Assembly: GCF_009914755.1 (NCBI RefSeq)
Contig: NC_060942.1
Strand: one strand, 5' to 3'
DNA: 64,000 nt
Origin: the human T2T-CHM13v2.0 reference genome, Homo sapiens
This document shows, one piece after another, positions 29,121 through 41,539 of the stretch (position 1 is its first letter; every line of letters starts with the position of its first letter). Made by a program: the position numbers and the translations under genes. The notes under the pieces were generated by a model. That model was given only the letters and a program-made list of their open reading frames with translations. It was not told where the DNA came from and ran no database searches.

Positions 29121-29970
29121 TTTCCACTTTGCACACTCACTAACTTGGTTCACTCCAAAGGAGAATGGCTTATCCAAGAGGGCCCACACCCGCAACAAGG
29201 AGCCAGTGTCCCCGCTCAGACTCCAGTGGTCTTCCCCTGACTCTGCCCACTGAGACTCTTGAGGAAATATAGAAAGCACTCATCCTGATAACATTTTATG
29301 AGCTCTAAAATCATGTTAACATATTCATATAAATACATATTCTAACATCTAAAGACATTTCTGTGAAATGCTGCTTCTAAATCCTAAGTGGATTCTCTCT
29401 GTAAAAGGAAGAACTAACAGAGCATTGTAAGGGAGGAATCATGATTGGGAAAATCATCAGTATTTAATATGAGAATAAAACAGTCATACACTTTTTTAAC
29501 ATAAAAAGTTTTAAACTACCCAAAGTTTCAGAGAATAAAATATGGCAGATCCTCAACGTTTAAAAGGGATTTAACTGTGGATTTGAACAGAAAACATTTG
29601 AATAGACATGTGCCTTGCATTTAGTGGGTACTCAACAACTGTTGAATTCAAAGATTTAACCTGATCATTCTTATCCCTAAAATTATAATACTCAAATTTC
29701 TCCCTTTATATAATATCTATAAATTTTGCTTTAATCTAATATATTATAGTCCATTTTCAGTACTTGAAAGATAAAATGTTATTTAAATCTGGTAGTCTCA
29801 CCCATGTTTAAAAAAACAGGAAAAATAAAATTGCTCTTACCTTATTAATAATAGGCCTGGAAAATCTTAAGTAAAAAAACTGCACACTGTGTACCAATGT
29901 ATTGGGAGATGGAGACATTTGATATCCATGGGAGATTCACAAATAGTTGTGTTTACTGAATATATCAATT

Positions 29971-30659
29971 TGTATTAGTTGAAGTTCTCCAAAGAAACAG
30001 AACCAACTAAAGGTAGGTAGGTAGGCAGGTAGGTAGGTAGATGGGTAGATATAGTATAAGGAATTGACTCATGCAATTAGGGAGGCTGGCAAATCCATAA
30101 TCTGCAGAGATGATGTCTGAGTTTGAAGGCCATCAGGCCAGAAAATTCTTCCCATCAGGCCAGAAAATTTTACCATCGTAGAAGATAAGACATTTCTCAT
30201 CCCAAAGGCTTTTCATAAGACCTATAAAAATATGCAAATATCTAGTCCTAAAAACTAGACACAAGCTCTGTGCAGAGAAACAGCACTTTATAATGTGCTG
30301 TTTCCTTTCAGTAAATGGAATATAATTTTGGTAAAAAAAAGTTTTCAAACACACGTTTGTAGAAGGTAAAAGAAGACATCTTTCATCCCAAAGACTTCTC
30401 ATAAGAACCTATAAAAACATGAGAAAAGCCAGCCCTTATCTGAGGGTAGATCAACCTTTTGGTCTATTCAGGCCTTCAACTGATTGGATGAGGCCCACCC
30501 ACATTACGGAAGGCAATCTCTCTCCCTCATCCAGTCTGCCAATTTAGATGCTAATCTTATCCAAAAAACACTCTCACAAAAACTTCCACGATAATGTTCC
30601 ACCAGATATCTGAGTACCTTATGGCTCAGTTAAGTTGACCCATAAAATTAACCATCACA
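29971..30659 (-). mobile_element. MLT2 (ERVL) solo LTR with internal (TAGG)n and a ~280-bp foreign insert
   Basis: TGTATTAG...TTCTCCAAAGAAACAGAACCAA at one end. CAGGCCTTCAACTGATTGGATGAGGCCCACCCACATT...ATAAAATTAACCATCACA at the other. Confidence 0.85.
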
Positions 30660-30882
30660 CTATCCAAAAAAAAAAAAAGACTCATGATTTTCTCTAAATT
30701 TTGTGTAAGAAATTGATCACCAAAAACAAGTCACTTCAACAAAACACCAAGAAACTGATTTTCTTTTTAGACAAGAAGACAGTTTAAGCTGCTAGAGACC
30801 GGAAGGCCCTGGACCACTAATCAGAGTCCTTTGGGTCAAAGTTGATCTCCCCACTTATGAGCTATATGACCTGGACACACTA

Positions 30883-31317
30883 CAGTTGATCCTTGAACAA
30901 CAAAAGTTTGAACTCTATGAGTCCACTTAGACATGGATTTTCTCCCATCTGTCATCCCTGACAGGGCAAGACCAAGCCTCCCTCTTCCTCCTTCTCCTTC
31001 ACCTGCTCAACATGAAGCCAACAAGGATGAAGACCTTTATGATGATCCACTTCCACTTAATGAATAGTAAATACATTTCATTTTCCTTATTATTTCCTTA
31101 GTATCATTTTCTTTCCTCCAGACTATTGTTAAGAATACAGCATATAAAATGTATAGCATATAAAATATGTGTTAGTCGACTGCTTATGTTATCCATAAAG
31201 TTTCCAGACAACAGTAGGCTATTAGTAGTTAAGTTTTTGGAGTGAAAAGTTATATGCGGATTTTTGACTACACGAGGGTCAGTGCTCCTAACCCCCATGT
31301 TGTTCAAGGGTCAACTG
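30883..31317. mobile_element. Tigger2a/MER28 non-autonomous Tc1/mariner transposon inserted in a MIR
   Basis: Terminal inverted repeats CAGTTGATCCTTGAACAACA and TGTTGTTCAAGGGTCAACTG. Left TA target at 30881-30882. 435 bp. MIR-like sequence on both flanks (~30800-31480). Confidence 0.88.
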
Positions 31318-32202
31318 CCCTTACTTTATTGAGCCACATCTGCATCATCTATTAAAATAGAGAAATAATAGTCTAGACTGAATAGAGTTGTTGGAAAAAT
31401 GAAATGAAATAACATGTGTAACACATGTCTGTCACATAACAAGTTCTCCATAAACATTAGCTATTCTGCTATTAATAATCATTGTTATAACTATGAGTTC
31501 TAATTCTAGGCCTGCTGAAAGCTATTAAAATATGGCATGACTGCCTTAACTGGGATACTATTTCTATTGTCACACACTTGGGAATCTTATTGGATGTTTA
31601 TATATATCATTTTATCAGTTCTTTACACACATTGATCATTTGGCCACAGAGCAGTTGTACAAATAGATTATTTAGTAACCTATCAATTCAATCAAAATAA
31701 CTTGCTCTATTACAATCAGTGATGGGGGAGGAAATCCTCCAAGCACCTTGCTTGAAGAGAAATGTAGAAACCACATCGGGCAAAAAGTCCCCCTCCAGCC
31801 ACTGTGAAACCCAAGTTGTCGTCAGTAACTTGACATTCTAGGGTAGGAATCAGGACAGGAGAGAGGTGATCTCTCCTTTTGACCTTGTGTATTCTGACCT
31901 CAGAAATAAGAGCTGGAATTGCCTTCTGGAATGGGCCTGTCACAGTATTGTGTGATTTGGGGGACCCCCTTCATCTGGGAGAGAAGGGTGGTCTCAGCTT
32001 CCACCTCAGAAATTTCTGACCCTTAATATACCTCCACCCCATCTCTAGTTAAAGGCTTAAAACTCTAAGATTTTCCTATGAGGACAAAAAGAAAAGGAAA
32101 TCTGAGCATTTGAAGAAATTCTTAAAAGTCGATGAGTGAGGTTTCCCTCACACATGCCATCTTCCCCTACCTCTCCTCTTGAAAACAATGTCTTTTGCAC
32201 CC

Positions 32203-32217
32203 TCAAGGTCAAGGTTA
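32203..32217 (+). promoter_or_regulatory. Nuclear receptor element TCAAGGTCAAGGTTA (NR5A/ERR extended half-site plus DR0)
   Basis: Motif match only. It lies ~0.8 kb upstream of the putative first exon. Confidence 0.4.
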
Positions 32218-32344
32218 AACCCGAGTTGGTACTCATTTCCTTTCTGATTTTATTTGCCTTATCCTGTTCTACTCCTCAATTGCCTCTTCCAGAATCTGTG
32301 CAAAATAATTACCTCAACTTCAGGGGAAAGTTTAGATGTAAATA

Positions 32345-32610
32345 CCCCCGCCCCCCTCCCCACGTCCACACATCCCCTTTCTTCTCTCTCCCTCTTAACA
32401 TTTCCTTACGCTCTCAGCCAATAGAGGAGTTGAAACATTTAAATGCGGTATCTAAACTGCATTTAAAGAATTAACCCATTTTGCCCCTCACTGGTCTAAA
32501 CCACAGGGTGCCAACCGGACGTTAATTGCTTTCATCTGGTGGGGTTCCAGACAGCTCCTCAGAAGGAAGGAGCGCACATCCCTGGCACCAATTGGCTAAT
32601 TCAATTTACT
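32345..32610 (+). promoter_or_regulatory. Upstream promoter elements: GC box (~32346), CCAAT (32418), palindromic CCAATTGG (32588)
   Basis: Motif matches immediately 5' of the CpG island. Confidence 0.5.
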
Positions 32611-32919
32611 TCAGCGGCATTAGCCTCTGTCAGAATATTCATGAGCAGGGGAATGAGGACCCGCGGTACAGGCAGGCAGCAGCCACTCCTGCTAGGGAAG
32701 GCGCGAGGGAGGGGAAGCGGACCGCGCGCCACGCTCGGGGGACGGTGACCGCGACCAGGGGGCTCTTCTCACTGGACAGGCCGAACGCGGTGGCCGCGGG
32801 AGGGCAGGGCAGGGCATCGGCGGGGTTGGTGCACTTGGCAGTACCCCCCAACTCCTGGCAACCGCACGGAGACTTTGCGAAACATCCGAAGGCAGAAAAG
32901 CTGTGACACTTCTGACAGA

Positions 32920-32944
32920 GGGGGTAGGGGGGTGGGGGGCGGGG
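32920..32944 (+). other. G-quadruplex motif G5-TA-G6-T-G6-C-G4 (second G3 motif at 32798-32814)
   Basis: Canonical four G-tracts with 1-2 nt loops. Confidence 0.8.
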
Positions 32945-32999
32945 ACAGCGCCGCGAGCAGGGGTGAAGAGACCCAGCGGGGCACCAGCCGCCCAGTGGG

Positions 33000-33078
33000 G
33001 GAGGCAGCTACGTGAGCAGAACGCCCGCCCTGGAGCAGTTAGGACCGAAGGTCTCCGGAGAGTCGCCGGCGGTGCCAG
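33000..33078 (+). other. Putative non-coding first exon (5' boundary approximate)
   Basis: Good 5' splice donor CCAG|GTAACG at 33078/33079 just downstream of the G4/GC-box region. No ATG in the segment. Confidence 0.55.
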
Positions 33079-34319
33079 GTAACGCAGAGGGCTCGGGTCG
33101 GGCCCCGCTTCTGGGGCTTGGGACTCCGGGCGCGCGGAGCCAGCCCTCTGGGGCGAAATCCCCGGGCGGCGCGCGCGGTCCCTCTCCGCGCTGTGCTCTC
33201 CCAGCAACTCCCTGCCACCTCGACGAGCCTACCGGCCGCTCCGAGTTCGACTTCCTCGGACTTAGTGGGAGAAGGGGTTGGAAATGGGCTGCCGGGACTG
33301 GGGGAGCTGCTCTCTGGAAGCAGGGAAGCTGGGGCGCACCGGGGCAGGTGGAGGACGTGGCGCGCTGGGAGCGGGGACTGCGCGCGCCTGGGGATGGTGA
33401 CTGGGGATCCAGGAGCGCGGCTTGTGGGGGCGCTTGGCACGGCTTCACCCTCGCTGGCCCCGCAGGCGGTGGCGCCTCCCTCCGCCTGCAGAGGGGACAG
33501 GGTGGCCGCGTCCCTCGCACAGAGATGTGCGCCGGGAAGGGGACCAGAGAGCCAGGCTCCGGGGAGGCGCAGGCACCTACGGGGCCGATCCCTGGTCCGT
33601 GCCTCGCGCCGCGCCCCCGCCGGAGCTCGGCTGTGGGAGGAGAATGTGGTGGGTACTCGAGTCCCCGCCACCTGCCGGACTTCGCCAACTCCCCGGATTT
33701 CCTGTCCTCGGGCCCTGACACTCCCAAGGAAAGCTCTGAATTGCGCTCGCTGTTTGGTTTTTGCTTGTTGTGGTTACTCTGGGGGAAGAGCCGGGGGCAA
33801 GGGGGTCAAATGGGGCTAAAGTTTCAGATTTGCAAAGAGAACGTTACCGAGGACTCTCAACGTGTCCTTAGCAATCGGAGAGACTGCAGCAGCCTTTGCC
33901 TAGCTATCCGCCTCTGGGGCAGCAGTGGGGGCTGAAATCTGGAAGGCAGCCCGGAGGCAGCGTCAGAGCCTTGTTTTGTTTTGTTTGTTTCTGCCGAGAC
34001 CAGGCTGGAAGTGAGAGGGGATAGTACCAGACAATCGGGGAGTTGGTCGCCTGGTAGATTCAGAGTTTACTATGTTGTTGCTATTATTATTAATGCTCTT
34101 GTTATTGGCACGAGCACCAGGAACAATTTTTTTTTCTGATTGTTATAAATCGCCTGCAAATTGAACCTGCAGCCGCCTCCCCTCAAATGAAATGTCCCCG
34201 GACCTCCTCCAGTCTCTGATGTGTGTCTTTCCACCAAAGGAAATTACCCACTCAGAGCTGTGGTGCTGTCAGGGACTCAGCTAAGGAATTGGATCTACCT
34301 AAGAACAACAAAAAGTTGA

Positions 34320-34397
34320 AACTAGGATGAGTTTGAACCCACGCTTATAGATGAGTATTATGTTCCTATCTGCTCACCTTCCTCAGCCGCCTCTGGC
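34320..34397 (-). pseudogene. Degenerate type-II tRNA-like relic (Ser-GCT/Leu-like)
   Basis: - strand GCCAGAGGCGGCTGAG (A-box-like) ... GCGTGGGTTCAAACTCATCCTAGT (B box/T arm), followed by TTTTT. Stems are degenerate. Confidence 0.45.
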
Positions 34398-37300
34398 TGG
34401 GGAACCCTGAAGGCATAGCCATCTTGAGAGTTGACCCAGCGTTTCCCTTTCATTTATTTATATAACCTGGGAAAATCTTTTCCCTTTAGTGTCACCCTTG
34501 CAGTCTCGTTGGACATGCTGAAAGGATTCAGGTCCTGACACTGGAGGAATCCGTAAGGGCACCTGTGGTTGCCAACTCTTGGCTTGACCCTGTTCAGATG
34601 TTGCCCAGGGTGCAGGCTTGGGCAGCTGATGCAGCAGAAAGCTGGGCGAGGGTGTGGGAGAACAGTATGGCAGAGTTAAGCTGAGTGCAGGAGATGAGGT
34701 CAAGCCTCCACGCTGGCCACATCCCTTCCTGCCAGAGAAAAAAGAGACAAATGAAGAGCAGGAGGGAAGTGTTATAAATTGGAACCGAGCTCTTAGAGTC
34801 TACTTAGGCTGTGAACCAAGCTCTCAGCATCTACTGAGGCTCTGGCCATTGACTTTGGCGTGACCTTTCTTTTCAGTGCTTCTGATTTTCGCTCTCTGCA
34901 GATACTCAAGTAACTGTGCCTTTCTAACAGGACAGTTGTCGTGAGATGATCTAATTTTGTATCCAAAAAAATACTTTGAGCATCCTGGGAAAGGACAGTC
35001 TATAAAATATGCCATTTTAATGTTTTGTGAAAAGTTTGCTACACTGCAGGTTAAGGAGATACATTTTTAGCATGTGTGCCATGTGGCAGTATAAAATTAA
35101 AATGGAAAAGGAAAGTACAAACATAAAAATGACTTAGCATTCTTGACATTCTTGTGCATACTTGTAGAAAAATTATCTTTCGTTTGGGGAGAGTTGCCGG
35201 GAAATTTAATCAGTGTTTATACTACTGAAACGCCCCCTTCTACCTTTCTGCCCTGTAAAATTTTATGACCCAGTTCTCACCGGAAAGGCGTTGTGACTGT
35301 AGTAAGTGCTGAGGGTTGAGAGGAGAGATTGAGAGTTGTTAGGGGAACTGTTACACAGGGTTCAGAGACTGGAATCGGAAGGAAGACGCCACTATCCTGA
35401 AAGAGCAGAGCAATGTTCGTCTGGAGAAAGCAGTTGAGCAGCATAGGATAACAGATCTAGCATTGCTTGTCCTCTGCTCTCAGATTCAGGAAGAGGACTC
35501 CCTGAGATAGCCCAGAGGGCTACCCAAGGTATTTTTCCCTCCTCCATTGGGTAAAAGCACTGCCTCCTTCTAGACTTTGGATTGGTATTAACTTCTCTCT
35601 TCCTGTCAGTCATAGCGCAGTAGTCTTCTCTTACCATCTCCAAGAGACTCAGATGTACCCTCTACCCTCTCAGACCCTTATACATTTGTAAATATCCCCC
35701 AAGTTCTGAAGCTTCTCAAAGACCTGCAGCTGTTGGTGGATTTAAGTAAATAGTTGGAAGTCATCAAGAGAGCCACTGAAAAGTGGACATGTTTTTCCCC
35801 TGGTGGAGAAGTTATTGAATGCCTTTTGAGCTAGAAAATTAGCAGTTCAGAAAAGCAGGAGGGAGTCCCTTGACTTCCCTCTACCCATAAACCAGTAGTT
35901 GTATTTTTCTTTCCCTCATAGTAGTGAGCACTGTTTGGCCAAGCATTTTTTTTCAATTTTGGACTTAAAATGGGGTTTTGCTGATGGTGTTCTATGGAGA
36001 AAGGAAAAACGTAAAGAGACACGGAAGGAAGAGCTGCAGTGGCGAGAACATAAATCAGCCAGAATATATGGGGGGGGGGTGATGAGAATAGGTCTTTTCA
36101 CCCTAAAAAAAAAATGTCCACTTTGGAAGAAAAAGAAGTCTGATTATTGGCATCCAGGGCTGAAACCAAGGCAGCTGATGCCGAGAGGAGCCAAAGGGCA
36201 GTTCTTCTTAGTTTAGAAACAGCAAGACAGCCTCTGCCAAAGATTGCTGTAAACACGGAATAAAGATTTCATTGTGGGTTGGTGTGACTCGAATAATTAG
36301 ACAGTTAATTGTTCATTCTGATCTGGTGGTGCTGCCATCAGTAGTGCAGGGTGGCGAAAATAAGAGCAAGAGAGAAATAGAAAAGTAGCATTTATCACTT
36401 TTACATTCATTTGTTTTACTTTGATGGTACTTTGGGAAATCCTCGTTATTTCCCCTTTCCCCCAAAGGCATACCCCCAGAATACCAGAGAGCTAAGACTC
36501 AGGGCTGCCACTTTTTATTCCCTCCACATTCTACTTCGGATATGGGGAAAATTTCTTGCCCTCTAAAAACAGCATGTGAAGTTATAATAAAAATAAACGC
36601 ATTACCTAATTCTAGTATTAAATATATTTTATTTATATGTAAACTCCATGTCAACTCAATCAACATATATGCAAATAGCACCAGATTGTTATGCTTCTCC
36701 AATACTTTTTTCTCGGACATATAAGACTTAAAAAGTAAATATTTCATTTTTGACATTTGTTTTCTATTATGAAACAAATTGCTACAGTGATTAATCTTTC
36801 ACATTTAATTGAAGAAACAACCTCCTCTGTATTTTCATACTAATTTAGTGACCAAGAAAACATATTTTATGTAATAAAGGTGGTTTTAAGCAACTGAGCA
36901 TCTACAGGTTTTATATTCGGTAGACTGTGACTTATTGTTATTTACTAAAAGAAGGCACTGTCATCAACTCCTTCTGAAATGACTACTGCAAATGAAGACA
37001 TAAGTAAGGGACTATACACAGCATTAAGCACATGGTATCTGGGGAGGGGTAAATGAAGAACCATGCGTTCATTAGGTTCAGCCCTCCCTGAATCCTGATA
37101 TTGACACGGAATATAGAGCAAAGTTGTCATTAGTTGAATATAAAAAAGGAACATCTTTAAGTGTCAATGTTAAGTATAATTGTTCTGGGAATAAAAGCAT
37201 TGTTATAAAAGCATTATACATTAGCATAAATATAACATAACTGTATAACATAAGGTCATACAGTCTCATAAAGAGAAATACTTAGTTTCTCCAAAATATT

Positions 37301-38569
37301 GTCTGTTTGCTTAAGAGGTGCAACACTATCTTTACTAACCTTTAGTTTATTTTATCCATCACAAATCAAAAGGGATTGCAAAAGCAGAAGACTTACTGAA
37401 GTGCTAAATAGCATAAGTAGTACAAAATTATGAAACTAGCTCTCAGAAGACAAAATTTTGCTTTAAAAAATGCACTGTCTACAGCAATTAAAAATAGAAA
37501 ATCATATTACCACATTAAGTTATTGCAACAACCTATTTTAAAGAGAATTTTATTCTTTTTTTTTTATTTAATTGCTATCCACGGTTTGCTAACTAGTGTT
37601 TCAGAATAATCTGCCAATCTCTTGCTAACCAGGACTCTCTAGTTAAGAATGTTCCTAATTACATATGGATTAACTTAATTTTAGAACCCTGAGAAGATTC
37701 AACTCAAAACATTACTCAAGTGCAATGCAAAATAGAAATGATCCAATTCACCTCAAGGTATATGTAATTTTTCTTTTGTTTTTAGCTTAAGAGATCATAA
37801 AAGAGAGGTTATCTGGCCTACAAATATGTCATTGAATAACCACTATAAAAGAGTAAAGGAAGCTATAAACTATTACCTCCTTAAAACATAAAATTTTAAC
37901 AATACCACTCATCTCTTCTTCCTAAGCAATAAGGGCCAGCATGTAAAATACCATGCAAAAGTGCACATGTCAGAAACATGCACAGCATAGCCTGAAATGG
38001 GGGTATCCTCGCTATTTATAAGAATGTTTAACAATCAAATCACAAGTTTAGAGTGTATTCTGACTAATGCCATTACCTCCAAAGAGTAAAGAGGTATCTT
38101 GCATGGGAGCCCTTTCTTCTTCTTTATAGTTCTACAACTCCTGACTAGAATCTTGCTCATAATAGATTCTTTAAAAATATGTGTTGATTTGGTTTTTAAT
38201 AAGGAATATAAAATTGAATCAATTGAATTTTCAAGTTAAATAAATTTGTAATATTTAATCAAATATTTAGTTAAATATTTGAATGGTTCTTGTTACTTTG
38301 AATTATTTCTTTCAATTGACAAGACTTGCCTGTGACCGTTAGTAATAATTATTGGCGATATTCTGGTGTGGACGTGAGGGGGGTGAGAAAGTAGGAAATC
38401 TTTAAGTTAATGGGTTTTTTTCTTAAGTTTTACCTAACTCTTAAATGTGCGTATGCATATATGTTGTTAAAATGTACAATATCTCTTTATAAAAAAAGTG
38501 GTATTATCTCTGAATTACTATTTACCAGTAGTAACATAATCAGATTCTACTCTTTAAGTACTGAGTCTT

Positions 38570-38609
38570 TTTTATTTTATTTTAGATTCAAGGGGTACAT
38601 GTGCAAGTT

Positions 38610-38651
<42 letters not shown>

Positions 38652-38804
38652 TGCATAAGGAGAGATTGGACTTCTAGTGTATGCATCACCCAAATAATGA
38701 CCATTGTACCCCATAGATAATAATTTTTCAACCACCAACTTCCTTCCAGCCTTCCCACTTTTGAAGCCCCCAGTGTCTACTCTTTCCATCTTTACGTTCA
38801 TGTA
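38570..38804 (-). mobile_element. Short L1PB-type 3' end with internal (CA)n
   Basis: TAGATTCAAGGGGTACATGTGCAAGTTT...CATCACCCAAATA. TSD TTAAGT(A/G)CTGAGTCTT at 38554-38569 and 38805-38820. Confidence 0.85.
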
Positions 38805-38899
38805 TTAAGTGCTGAGTCTTAGACCAATCATGACTAAATAACTGCATGTCCTCTGTTATATCAACTAATTAAAGGGTAACTAATAAAGTCATAATTTGA

Positions 38900-39251
<352 letters not shown>

Positions 39252-40413
39252 AGGTCATAGAAATTTCTTTGACATGTAGCCCCCAACACCCCAACACTCC
39301 AACCATACAACCACAACTCTGTGTTCAACATCTGGCAGGATAACAAAAACTTAACTCTTAATACACTCCTACTTATCTGTTCCTGCACCTGGTTTATAAC
39401 TAAAATAAGCAATGTTAACCTTCCACCCAAAATGAAAAACAGATGCTTGTTAGGAACTAAATTGTCTTTAGCTAAATCTTCAGCCTTCTTTTTTTTTTTT
39501 TTTTTTTTTTTTAAAGGTCTGACCTTAGCTGAATGAACAAGGTAGTCTTAGCATTTTCCCAGAGAACAGTACATAGTGTAATATGTTGGCATAATTGGGA
39601 GCTAGCAGTCAAAAGAAAGCCAGGATAGAATTAGCATGAAGATTCAATTACCACTTGTTCCCAGAGAGGGTTGTTTACTAGGATTAGAGTTAAGGTTGTG
39701 GGCAAAATAGCATGGAAAGAGGTACAGGAAAGTTTTTTTGTTGGTGTTCTTTAGCTGGTATCTTTGGACAGAACCAAATTTTGATTTCCACTTTCCCCCA
39801 GTAATTTAAAAATACAGCTTACTAAATAGCAGCTTATATAAATTGAGCACTAAGTGTACTCATAAGTATTATACATATATTTATACAAATCTTTGGTCAA
39901 AGCTATTAATACAAAATATTTTCTGAAGGACTAGCATACACCCTTTATCATATTCACGATTGTTTCACTTGGTAAACTCAGCGTCTTTGAACCCCTCACC
40001 AATCCTAATAAGGGATTAAATTGTACATATTATAAATAATTGATGAACTTAACCATAATTTGTTTTTAAGCCAACAGACGTAATTTCCTTTAGCAATTTA
40101 ATTAAAAATTGGATAAAGAAATTTCATTTAGAAGTAATCTTATCTATATTTGAAAGGGCTACCAAATATATGTTTCTTTTTAATTTGAAAGGTGTTGAGC
40201 ACTAAAATAAGAGTAACAAAATAGATAGAAATGAACATTTAATCTTTGCATCAAAGGATATCTTTTCCTATGCAAATGGCTTGAATAAACATGTAGAGTA
40301 GGCAGTATCACCTACCTACCACTGTTGAAGGTCAGAGAAGGACTGGGAGAAACTAACTGGGTGATACAGCCATCTCCGTACCCACCTCCCACACGGGTGC
40401 CAATGTTCTCTTA

Positions 40414-40785
40414 TGTTTTACTCTGTCCAGGCTGAAATGACAAAATCCCATAGACTTGGCAACTAATAACAGAAATTTATTTTTCATGGTCCTGGAGGCT
40501 GAAGTCCAAGATCAAGGTGCCAGCATGGTCCGTTTCTGGTGAGGGCCTTCTTCTGAGCTGCAGACTGCTATCATCTCATTGTATTCTCACATGACAGAAA
40601 GAGGACAAGAGAGCTGCCTGGGGTCCCCCTTTTTTTAAGGGCAAGAATTTCATTCATAAGGGCTGTATCTACCCTGATTACACAATGACTGCCTTGAGCC
40701 CCCCCCCTCCTAATGCCGTTCCATTGTGGGTTAGGATTTCAGTATATGAAATTGGGGGAGACACAAACACTCACACGTCATTGCA
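40414..40785 (-). mobile_element. MLT1A-type solo LTR
   Basis: AACAGAAATTTATTT...GGAGGCTGAAGTCCAAGATCAAGGTGCCAGCA...GGTGAGGGCC...GGGGGAGACACAAACA. Confidence 0.85.
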
Positions 40786-41539
40786 TCTCATCTTCATTTT
40801 CTAATGCAAGAAACAATACAGTTTCCAATATTTCTTTTTCAAATCCCTTGATTCCCTGCATCAAAGACTTCACATCAATTTGCAGAGGCACCAACCATCA
40901 TTACCTCATTGAAAGCAAGCACCACACTTGAGAGCATGTGTCTTGTAGGCTTTTTTGGAATATTAAGTAAGAATCTAAATGTATGCCTATACTTTGCACA
41001 AACTGGCAAGATCTCCCAAGGATGTTCGTCTTATAAATAAAGATTAAATAACACTTTTGTGCTACCATTAATATCAAATTGCATTTAAAGCAAATAATAG
41101 CTGGCAACCAGGGTACATCTTCATTAACATCACAGTTTTGAAGTGTTATAGTTGCGTCTACCTTTATGCTTAGCTGATACCCTCATCTCCATAATATTGG
41201 GAGCATTTATTTCAGTCTAAAAATATGAGGCATACTCATATTTGAAAATAAACTCTTTGAGCAGTCATTAAAATATTAATCCATTTGGCAGTTAGCATCT
41301 CAGTGGAATACTTCAGGCAGCTCAGCACAGAGGATATTATTTGACTCATGGAGCTGGCTAACATTTGAAGATCAAATTGTTTCGAGTTGTTTCTTTAAAC
41401 ACAGGAAAACAACAGATTTCTTCATGAAATACCAAGTATTATACATTTCTCTGGCTACATCTATCTATTTCACTCATGTCAAAACATGTAGTATTCAGAG
41501 GAAAAATTGACAGAGCAAAAAAATAAATAAATAAATAAC

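Larger units (their letters stand above)
32650..33780. promoter_or_regulatory. CpG island / gene promoter
   Basis: Abrupt GC-rich, CpG-dense unique sequence in an AT-rich window, with GC boxes and G-quadruplex motifs and no repeat signature. Confidence 0.92.

Noticed and set aside
32526-33935. Long overlapping ORFs (up to 307 aa) on both strands in the CpG island
   Set aside because: Mostly GTG/TTG starts, low-complexity G/A/P/R composition and no recognisable domain. Stop-codon scarcity is expected in GC-rich DNA.
36325-36350. CTCF-like GCTGCCATCAGTAG
   Set aside because: Four mismatches in the 14-bp core.
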